Shown one piece after another: positions 38,474 to 46,369 of a DNA stretch of 64,000 nt. Within the stretch, counting starts at the first letter, position 1. Every line of letters begins with the position of its first letter. The translations under genes and the position numbers were made by a program. Source of the stretch: Chloroflexota bacterium (GTDB taxonomy: Bacteria; Chloroflexota; Anaerolineae; Anaerolineales; DRMV01); the NCBI GenBank assembly GCA_011322445.1, contig DRMV01000020.1, positions 64,157 through 128,156 on the forward strand, given 5' to 3'. Under the pieces are notes generated by a model. The model was not told the origin of the DNA. It searched no databases and saw nothing but the letters and a program-made list of their open reading frames with translations.

Positions 38474-38596
38474 GAAACCTCCTTTGGGGAAAGCAATCCA
38501 CAAATTTCACAGATCAGCACAGATTTTTCTGTGGAATCTGCGTAATCTGCGGTTTCAAAATCCAATCGGTGAAAATCTGTGCCAATCTGTGGATGC
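38474..38596 (-). repeat. word-repeat 5' UTR element upstream of arcC (CACAGATT / CGCAGATT units followed by inverted TCTGTG units)
   Basis: The minus sense reads ccacagattggcacagattttcaccgattgg attttgaaac cgcagatta cgcagattc CACAGAaaaaTCTGTG ctgatctgtgaaatttgtgg. The 31-nt core (38562..38592) is shared with 34187..34217, in the same orientation relative to the downstream gene. Confidence 0.8.
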
Positions 38597-39586
38597 CTAT
38601 CGCATGGTCAGCGCCATCACGGCCTTCTGGACGTGCAGGCGGTTTTCGGCCTCGTCGAAGACCACCGAGTGCGGGCCATCCAGCACCTCGCTGGTGACCT
38701 CAATGTCACGGTCGGCGGGCAAGGGGTGCATGTAAATGGCGTCGTCTTTCGCCAGCGCCATCTTCCGCGCATCCATAATCCAGTGCTTGTACTGATCCTG
38801 AATGCGCTTGCCTTCGTCGGGGTCGGTGGTGGTCATCAGCGGGCCCCACGATTTGGCATACACCACGTCGGCGTCTTTCATCGCCTCTTCCATGCCGTTG
38901 GGGTCGGAAATCACCTCAAACGACGAGCCGTACTTGGCCGCCTGCGCCTTGGCCTGCTCGACGATGTCGGGCATCAGGCCAAATTCCGGCGGGTGCGCCA
39001 GGGTCACATCCATGCCGAAGCGGGTCATCTGCAAAATCAGCGATTGCGGCACGGAAATCGGCTTGAGGTACGACGAGGCGTAAGCCCAGGAAACCACCAG
39101 TTTCTTGCGCCGCAGGTCACGCCCCTTCTTTTCCATCATGGTCATCAGGTCGGCCAAGATCTGGAAGGGGTGATAGATTTCGCACTGCATGTTGAACACC
39201 GGCACGCGGGAAGCCTCGGCAACATGGTTGATGTAGCGGTTGCCCACGCCCCAGGTCACATGGCGGATGGCGATGCCGTCGAAGTAGCGGCCAAAGATCT
39301 CGCCGAGTTCGCGCTCGGTGTCGCCGTGGGAAATCTGGGTGGTACGGCTTTCAATGAAGGCCGCATGGCCGCCCAACTGGTCAATGCCAGCCTCGAAAGA
39401 GCCACGGGTGCGGGTGCTGGGGAAGAAGAACAACATCGCCAGCACCTTGTCGCGCAGGTAAGCATGGGGTTCGCCCAAAGCGCGCTTGCGCTTCAGGTCC
39501 CAGGCCACCTCGAGAACGGTTTCCACTTCCTCTTTGCTGAAGTCCAGGTCGCCAATCAGGTCGCGACCGCGCAGATCGGTTTGCAT
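38597..39586 (-). CDS. YgeW-like (knotted) carbamoyltransferase
   Basis: STRTR carbamoyl-phosphate motif. Blocks TQISHGDTERE, FNMQCEIYHPFQILADL, KKLVVSWAYASSYLKPISVPQSLILQMTRFGMDVTLAHP, DADVVYAKSWGP and YMHPLPADR are colinear with E. coli YgeW as recalled from memory. The OTCase SMG and HCLP signatures are absent. Confidence 0.75.
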   Translation of the reverse strand: MQTDLRGRDLIGDLDFSKEEVETVLEVAWDLKRKRALGEPHAYLRDKVLAMLFFFPSTRTRGSFEAGIDQLGGHAAFIESRTTQISHGDTERELGEIFGRYFDGIAIRHVTWGVGNRYINHVAEASRVPVFNMQCEIYHPFQILADLMTMMEKKGRDLRRKKLVVSWAYASSYLKPISVPQSLILQMTRFGMDVTLAHPPEFGLMPDIVEQAKAQAAKYGSSFEVISDPNGMEEAMKDADVVYAKSWGPLMTTTDPDEGKRIQDQYKHWIMDARKMALAKDDAIYMHPLPADRDIEVTSEVLDGPHSVVFDEAENRLHVQKAVMALTMR

Positions 39587-39596
39587 GATAGTCTCC

Positions 39597-39724
39597 TTAG
39601 TCAGTTAGTCAGGTAGTCGTTTAGTCGAGTAGTCGGTTAGTCAGGTAGTCGTTTAGTCGGGTAGTCGGCACCAGGCGACTACCCGACTATCAGACTACCG
39701 GACTGTCAGACTATTTGACTATTT
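39597..39724 (-). repeat. 8-nt periodic TAGTC/GACTA array forming a long hairpin; it fills the whole intergenic gap
   Basis: On the plus strand there are nine units of (T/G)TAGTCNN (39597..39668), the loop caccaggc, then six units of GACTANNN (39677..39724). A perfect 14-bp stem pairs 39654..39667 with 39676..39689. The outermost units abut the SD of the YgeW-like gene and overlap the stop codon of the PyrB-like gene. Confidence 0.9.
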
Positions 39725-40676
39725 ATTCCATCGCCCCGAGCACCAATGCCAGCAATGCCATGCGCATCACCACGCCGTTGAAGGCTTCCTGCCAGTAGCG
39801 AGCCCAGCGGGTGCCATCCACATCGGTGGGGATTTCATCCATCCGCGGGAAGGAGTGCAGCAAGATGGCGTCGGGCTTGGCTTTGGTTTCCAGCAGTTCT
39901 TTGGTGATTTTGTAGTTGGGCGGTGTCAGGCCCACATCGCCGGTGCGCTCGTCGCGCGGCTTGGTGTAGTCGGGCTGCACCACGGGCTCGACCAGAATCA
40001 CATCGGCCTCGTGAATCACCTGCTCGATGTGTTCGGCTTCCTTGAAGTTGAGCCCCATTTCCTTGATTTCGGCCTTGAACTCGTCGGTGAGGCTCATTTC
40101 GGGCGGGGCGATGAAAGTGATGGGGCAGTCGAACTTGGTGAGGGCATAGGCGAGGGAGTGCATGGTGCGCATGCGCATATCGCCTACGGCCACCCAGGTG
40201 AGGCCATCGATGCGGCCTTTTTCGCGGTAAACGGTGTAGAGGTCGGTCAGGATCTGGGTGGGGTGTTCGCCCCAGCCGTCGCCGCCGTTGATAATCGGAA
40301 TGGAAGCCCACTTGGCGGCTTCGGCGGGTGCGCCCTGCTGGAAGTGGCGCATCACGATGACGTCGCCGTAGTATTCCAGCATGCGGACAGTGTCTTTGAT
40401 AGACTCGCGGTAGAAGTCGCCGGCGCGAGTCATCTTGGGGTCGGCAAAGCCGGTGACCTTGCCGCCCAGGCGCAGCATCGCGGCTTCGTGCGCCAGGCGG
40501 GTGCGGGTGGAGGGCTGATAGAAAGCGGTGACCAGTGTCTTGTCTTTGAGCAGATCCACATTCTTGCGATTGCGAGCAATCGGCTCCAACTGTTCGGCGA
40601 CCTCGAACGTGCGGAAGAACTCGCTCCGCTCGAAGTCTTTCAAAGAAAGGATGTCACGGCCGAGGAAACTGCGCAT
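39723..40676 (-). CDS. aspartate carbamoyltransferase-like (PyrB-type) carbamoyltransferase with a divergent second-substrate site
   Basis: Start ATG 40676 (MRSFLGRDILSLKDF) lies 7 nt after GGAGGT. It keeps STRTR, VMRH, GEHPTQ, the GDMRMRTMHSL region and LHSFPRMDEIPTDVD. It is colinear with E. coli PyrB, but HPLPR is HSFPR and the TRVQKER segment reads EPVVQPD. Confidence 0.75.
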   Translation of the reverse strand: MRSFLGRDILSLKDFERSEFFRTFEVAEQLEPIARNRKNVDLLKDKTLVTAFYQPSTRTRLAHEAAMLRLGGKVTGFADPKMTRAGDFYRESIKDTVRMLEYYGDVIVMRHFQQGAPAEAAKWASIPIINGGDGWGEHPTQILTDLYTVYREKGRIDGLTWVAVGDMRMRTMHSLAYALTKFDCPITFIAPPEMSLTDEFKAEIKEMGLNFKEAEHIEQVIHEADVILVEPVVQPDYTKPRDERTGDVGLTPPNYKITKELLETKAKPDAILLHSFPRMDEIPTDVDGTRWARYWQEAFNGVVMRMALLALVLGAME

Positions 40677-40819
40677 AGGATTACCTCCAAAAAACAATAG
40701 AATCGCCCTTCTGGGTCGTGGTTTAGTCTACCACTACCTTCATTGGGAGGGAAGGGTAGCCAGCGATAAAAAATGGGAGGATTGCGCCAGGCCACCCACC
40801 CCCACGTGGCCTTTCCATC

Positions 40820-41656
40820 GTGTATAATTCCTCTGTGCACACCCCCAATTACCTCGCCATCGGGCACATCAGCCGCGACCTGACGCCGGAAGGCCCTCGC
40901 TTAGGCGGCAGTGTGGCCTACGCCGCCCGCACAGCCCAGGCTTTCGGGTTGCAGTCCGCCATCGTCACGGCCTGCGGCCCCGACACCTCCCTCAGCGGTG
41001 CCCTGGAAGGCATCGCCGTCCACTGCGTGCCCTCAAACGCCACCACCACCTTTGTGCTGGAAAGCACACCGCAAGGGCGGCGACTGGCGCTCCAGGCACA
41101 GGCAGCGCCACTGAAGTGGGAAAGCATCCCTGCGGCGTGGCAGCGTGCCCCGCTGGTGCATCTGGCCCCGGTGGCCGCCGAGTTGCCCCCAGGGCTGGCC
41201 GCCCGCTTCGCCGGCCGCTTCGTGGGCGTCACCCCCCAGGGCTGGCTGCGCGCCTGGGGAGATGACGGTATCATCCGCCCCACGGCATGGCCCGAAGCCA
41301 AAACCGTACTCGCCCAAGCCACCGCTGCCGTCCTCAGCCTGGAAGACCTGGGCGGTGACGAAAGCCGCATTCCCCCTTTGGCCGAGATGGTGCCGGTGCT
41401 GGTGGTCACGCGGGGGGCGGCTGGCGCCACCCTCCACTGGCAGGGCCAAGCCCACACCATCCCGGCCCCACCCGCGCGCCCCACCGACACCACCGGCGCG
41501 GGCGACATCTTCGCTGCGGCCTTCTTCATCCGTCTGTACCACACCCGCGACCCGCTGGCCGCGGCTCGCTTTGCCAGCCAGGTGGCCGCCCTCTCGGTGC
41601 AGCGCCCTGGCCTTGCCGCCCCCCCTACCCCCGATGAAATCCGCGCCCTGCTGTAA
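40820..41656 (+). CDS. PfkB/ribokinase-family carbohydrate kinase
   Basis: NYLAIGHISRDL N-terminus and the TDTTGAGDIFAAAFF anion-hole motif. The start is uncertain: GTG 40820 or GTG 40835. Confidence 0.75.
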   Translation: MYNSSVHTPNYLAIGHISRDLTPEGPRLGGSVAYAARTAQAFGLQSAIVTACGPDTSLSGALEGIAVHCVPSNATTTFVLESTPQGRRLALQAQAAPLKWESIPAAWQRAPLVHLAPVAAELPPGLAARFAGRFVGVTPQGWLRAWGDDGIIRPTAWPEAKTVLAQATAAVLSLEDLGGDESRIPPLAEMVPVLVVTRGAAGATLHWQGQAHTIPAPPARPTDTTGAGDIFAAAFFIRLYHTRDPLAAARFASQVAALSVQRPGLAAPPTPDEIRALL

Positions 41657-41691
41657 GGCATCCAAAACCTGAGGTTCCACTCGGAGTGCCT

Positions 41692-42525
41692 ATGTCTCGT
41701 ATTTACACCCTTGTCAACCAAAAAGGCGGCGTCGGCAAGACCACCACCGCCATCAACCTCGGCGCCTACCTGGCCTACTACGGCCAGCGGGTGCTGCTGG
41801 TGGATCTGGACCCGCAAGGCAATGCCACCTCCAGCCTGGGAGTGGACAAATACCGCCTGCGCGGCGGCACCTACGAAGTGCTGCTGGGCGCCTCCCCGGC
41901 CGCGCCGCTTGTGCTGCACAACCCGCGCCTCAAAATGTCGCTGCTGCCCGCCTCGCCCGCCCTGGCAGGCGCCGAGGTGGAACTGGTCAACGAACTGGGG
42001 CGGGAAACCCGCCTGCGCCGGGCGCTGGAGCCCATTGCCGACCGCTACGATTACATCCTCATCGACTGCCCGCCTTCCCTCGGGCTGTTGACCATCAACG
42101 GGCTGGTCGCCGCGCAAGATGGCGTCATCATTCCGGTGCAGTGTGAGTACCTGGCGCTGGAAGGGCTGGGGCTGCTGACGCAAACCTTAGACAAGGTGCG
42201 CTCGGCGCTCTTCCCCGAACTGGCGGTGCGGGGCGTGGTGCTGACGATGTACGACGGGCGCACCAACCTTGCAGGCGATGTCGTGGCCGAAGTGCAAAAA
42301 CACTTCCCCGACAAGGTCTTTCACGCCATCATCCCCCGCAGCGTGCGGCTGGCCGAAGCGCCATCCTACGGCGTGCCGGTTTCGGCCTATGCGCCCCAAT
42401 CGCGGGGGGCACGCGCCTATGCCGCCTTAGCACGGGAACTTCTGGAAGGCGACGGGCTGACCGTACCCACTTTAGCCGAACCCACGGCCGATAGCCGCGC
42501 CGCCGATGCCTTCCGCGGGGAGTAA
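41692..42525 (+). CDS. parA: ParA/Soj chromosome-partitioning ATPase
   Basis: MSRIYTLVNQKGGVGKTTTAINLG deviant Walker A. Start ATG 41692 lies 5 nt after GGAG. Confidence 0.9.
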   Translation: MSRIYTLVNQKGGVGKTTTAINLGAYLAYYGQRVLLVDLDPQGNATSSLGVDKYRLRGGTYEVLLGASPAAPLVLHNPRLKMSLLPASPALAGAEVELVNELGRETRLRRALEPIADRYDYILIDCPPSLGLLTINGLVAAQDGVIIPVQCEYLALEGLGLLTQTLDKVRSALFPELAVRGVVLTMYDGRTNLAGDVVAEVQKHFPDKVFHAIIPRSVRLAEAPSYGVPVSAYAPQSRGARAYAALARELLEGDGLTVPTLAEPTADSRAADAFRGE

Positions 42526-42528
42526 ACC

Positions 42529-43383
42529 ATGGCACGCAAACGTTCCGGACTCGGCAAAGGGCTGGACGCCCTCATCCCCGGCGGGGAAAGCCGCCTGCCG
42601 GGTAACAGCGTGGCGCTGCTGCCGGTGGACGCCATCCGCCCCAACCCGCGTCAGCCGCGCAGCCACTTTTCAGAAGAGGCGCTGGACGAACTGGCGGCCT
42701 CCATTCGCGAGCATGGCGTCATCCAGCCCCTCATCGTGGCACAGGCGCCCGAGGGCGAGGGCTATGTGCTCATCGCCGGCGAGCGGCGGCTGCAGGCAGC
42801 CAAACGCGCCGGACTGACGCGCGTGCCGGCGCTGGTGCGGGAAGCCAGTGAGCAGCAGTTGCTGGAACTGGCGCTCATCGAAAACGTCCAGCGCGCCGAC
42901 CTCAACCCCCTGGAAACCGCCGAAGCCTACCGCCAGTTGCACGAGGAATTTGGCCTTTCGCACGAAGAAATTGCCCGCCGGGTGGGCAAAAGCCGGGTCG
43001 CGGTCAGCAACACCCTCCGGCTGCTGAAACTGCCCCCCGCGGTGCAGAAGGCCCTGCTGGAAGGGCGCATCACAGAGGGCCACGCCCGCGCCCTGTTGGG
43101 GCTGGCTTCCCCCGAAGCCCAGGAAGCCGCCTTGCGCACCGTCGAAAACAAACGCCTGACCGTGCGGCAAACCGAAGAACTCGTGCGCCGCCTGCAAGGG
43201 GAACGCCCCAGCGCCCGCCCCCGCCAAACTGCAGCCCCCGAACTGCGCGACCTGGAAGCCCGCCTGGAAACCACCCTCGGCACGCGTGTGCGCCTGACCC
43301 GCACGCGCAAAGGGGGGGCAATTACGATTTACTACTACTCCGACGAAGAACTGGAAGCCTTGCTCCACAAACTGGGGGGATAA
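42529..43383 (+). CDS. parB: ParB/Spo0J partition protein
   Basis: LLPVDAIRPNPRQPR, the GERRLQAAKRAGL ParB box, and the HTH SHEEIARRVGKSRVAVSNTLRLL. Confidence 0.9.
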   Translation: MARKRSGLGKGLDALIPGGESRLPGNSVALLPVDAIRPNPRQPRSHFSEEALDELAASIREHGVIQPLIVAQAPEGEGYVLIAGERRLQAAKRAGLTRVPALVREASEQQLLELALIENVQRADLNPLETAEAYRQLHEEFGLSHEEIARRVGKSRVAVSNTLRLLKLPPAVQKALLEGRITEGHARALLGLASPEAQEAALRTVENKRLTVRQTEELVRRLQGERPSARPRQTAAPELRDLEARLETTLGTRVRLTRTRKGGAITIYYYSDEELEALLHKLGG

Positions 43384-43452
43384 CAGGGAAACGCAAAGAT
43401 GCCAAAAAGCGCTGTCCTTTGACGACACACACCCCACCATTAGAAAAAATGC

Positions 43453-43479
43453 AAAAAAGGGCGAGTCGGCGACTCGCCC
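43453..43479 (-). terminator. intrinsic terminator (strong in the minus sense, weak in the plus sense)
   Basis: GGGCGAGTC-ggc-GACTCGCCC forms a 9-bp stem. In the minus sense it is followed by TTTTTT. It lies 255 nt downstream of the trpS stop and 70 nt downstream of the parB stop. Confidence 0.6.
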
Positions 43480-43733
43480 TTGCCCTTACAAACATGGGCT
43501 TCAGGTCACGCGTTTCGACTGCGATTGCTCCGCAATCTCCGCTCAACGCGTTGTTCGTGGCGTTTCGTGCTGAGCGGAGCGTCCTTCGACTTCAGCGCTC
43601 GCACTGAGCCGCGTCGAAGTGCTCACGCTTCCACTCAGGGCGGGAGCGAGGACGAAGGACCAAACGCTGCCGGAGCGGTTATCCGAAACTGGGGTTTATT
43701 GTGCTATCGGCGCCTGGGGAAGTCTCGCGCTCA

Positions 43734-44813
<1,080 letters not shown>

Positions 44814-45230
44814 GAAGGAACCTCCAAAGGGGAAAAATCAACGAGGGGTGTTGCAGTATTCCGGTGTCAGGCGCTTCAGTGGCAAGGGCTGCGGTGTCGA
44901 ACCATCTACGGCGCGGGCGCTGGGGGCTCAGGGGAAACAAAAACACGCCCGCCCCACTGGGGACGAACGCGTAACCGTCCGCGGTGCCACCCCGCTTGGC
45001 GCGCATCGGCGCCCACTCGCAGCCCGATAACGGGGGCCAACCGGCACGCCCTACTGCCCCGTGCGGGGTTCAGGCGGCGGCTCCCAGGCCCACTCGGCGC
45101 TGCTGCTACGGTTGGGCTTCCAGCCAGGACCCAACTCTCTGGACGCGCGGGGCAGCGCCTACCCATCCTGTTCACAGCCGTTGAACAATGTGGCAGGATG
45201 AGTGTACCACGGCGCGCGAAGGGGTGTCAA
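44814..45230 (-). promoter_or_regulatory. T-box leader (Trp) with its promoter and intrinsic terminator upstream of trpS
   Basis: All elements read in the minus sense. Promoter: TTGACA (45230..45225), an 18-nt spacer, then TACACT (45206..45201). Stem-I-like AGAGAG element with UGG codon candidates (CCUGGCUGGAAG, GAGUGGG). T-box sequence AGCGGGGTGGCACCGCGG (44979..44996). Terminator: an 11-bp stem GCGUUCGUCCC-CAGU-GGGGCGGGCGU (44945..44970) followed by GUUUUUGUUU. Confidence 0.7.
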
Positions 45231-45447
45231 GCGCGCGATGCGCTCCAGCGTCGGCTTCCCCGACCAGTCGCCCGGCCTTTCCCTTCTACCCCACCCGGCG
45301 CGCTCGACGCCTTCCGCTTTCATGGCTATACGAAAACCTCATCCCGCACTCATCTAAATATATAAAAACCTGCATAGCCCCCACCACACAAGAGGACTAC
45401 AATGGACCCGCCTCGGTCTTCCTCTCGCCCGTTGCAGGGGTGCAACC

Positions 45448-45570
45448 ATGAGCGAAAAACGCAATCCTCTTCATTTCGAGCACAGTTGGGCCACACGCTG
45501 GCTGGTGCCAGCGGTCATCGGCATCCTGCTGGTGGCGTTGCTTGCCGTGATCGTGCTCAGTCTCATCTGA
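45448..45570 (+). CDS. small single-TM protein (40 aa), below the ORF-track size cutoff
   Basis: ATG 45448 gives MSEKRNPLHFEHSWATRWLVPAVIGILLVALLAVIVLSLI, then stop. It ends 15 nt before the next membrane-protein gene. Confidence 0.4.
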   Translation: MSEKRNPLHFEHSWATRWLVPAVIGILLVALLAVIVLSLI

Positions 45571-45585
45571 ACGCAGGAGTCTGCC

Positions 45586-46281
45586 ATGAACTTCATTTCC
45601 CTGCTTTCCACGCTGGTCACGCTTGCTTTTGCCGTCTCGGTGCTCAACCGCTACCGCCTGAAAGGCGGCAACCACCTGCTCTGGTGGGGCATGGGGTTGG
45701 GCTGGTATGGCCTGGGCACGCTTTCGGAAGTCATCCTCGGCGCGGCGTTCAACCCCTGGGTGCTCAAATTGTGGTATCTCAGCGGCGCCATGCTCACCGC
45801 TGCGTGGTTAGGCCAGGGCACGGTGTTCCTGCTGGTGCGGCGGAAGGGCTGGGCAAAGTGGAGCGCGTGGGTGCTGCTGGCGGTTTCGGCGCTGGCCGCG
45901 GTGCTGGTTTTCTCGGCGAGCATCTTGCCCGCGGCGGCGCACTTCCGCCCCGACCTGCCGGTATCTTCGCAATACCGCACCATGATGAGCCGCCCCGCGC
46001 TGATGATTGTGCTCACCATTTTGCTCAACATCTATGGCAGCCTCACGCTGATCGGCGGCGCGTTGTATTCCGCTTACCTGTTCTGGCGCAAGCAGGTGCT
46101 GGCTTCCCGCATGTGGGGGAACATTTTGATCGCCGCGGGAGCGATGAGCCCCGCCATCGGAGGGTCACTGCTGCGCGCCGGCCTGGGCGATTGGCTCTAC
46201 GTGAGCGAATTCCTGGGCGCGGTGGTGATGTACCTCGGTTTCTGGCTGGCCGTCAAAGACCGCCCGGTAAAACAGCGTTGA
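45586..46281 (+). CDS. hypothetical polytopic membrane protein
   Basis: 231 aa, about 7 TM helices, no recognisable motif. The overlapping 328-aa ORF at 45402..46388 is R/P/G-rich and was rejected. Confidence 0.6.
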   Translation: MNFISLLSTLVTLAFAVSVLNRYRLKGGNHLLWWGMGLGWYGLGTLSEVILGAAFNPWVLKLWYLSGAMLTAAWLGQGTVFLLVRRKGWAKWSAWVLLAVSALAAVLVFSASILPAAAHFRPDLPVSSQYRTMMSRPALMIVLTILLNIYGSLTLIGGALYSAYLFWRKQVLASRMWGNILIAAGAMSPAIGGSLLRAGLGDWLYVSEFLGAVVMYLGFWLAVKDRPVKQR

Positions 46282-46312
46282 GCAGCGCCATCGCCTACCC
46301 ACCCCAACCAAA

Positions 46313-46337
46313 ACCGCCCCCTCAACACAGGGGCGGT
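46313..46337. terminator. hairpin between convergent genes (likely copA terminator)
   Basis: ACCGCCCC-ctcaacaca-GGGGCGGT forms an 8-bp stem. In the minus sense it is followed by TTTTGGTT. Confidence 0.5.
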
Positions 46338-46369
46338 TCGTCGTTTACGGCAACTGCGGGCGCGCGGGG

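Noticed and set aside
40918-42183. 421-aa minus-strand ORF spanning the PfkB and parA genes
   Set aside because: It is antisense to two genes with clear family motifs. Its translation is extremely R/G/A/P-rich with no motifs, which is a typical high-GC antisense artefact. The same reasoning applies to 2997..4580, 9792..11429, 19522..21192, 26904..28982, 47174..49075, 52541..54436, 59848..61626 and 61349..63235.
41600-43450. Search for a parS site (TGTTNCACGTGAAACA-like) near parA and parB
   Set aside because: A visual scan found no convincing match to the 16-bp palindrome here or elsewhere in the window. parS sites may lie outside it.
43480-43733. Possible tRNA, tmRNA, RNase P, SRP or 6S RNA gene in the parB/trpS gap
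   Set aside because: No cloverleaf with a T-loop GTTCRA and CCA context was found. The RNase P GAGGAAAGTCC, the SRP domain IV motif and the tmRNA tag or tRNA-like end are all absent. Only generic hairpins were seen, reported above as an unassigned structured region.
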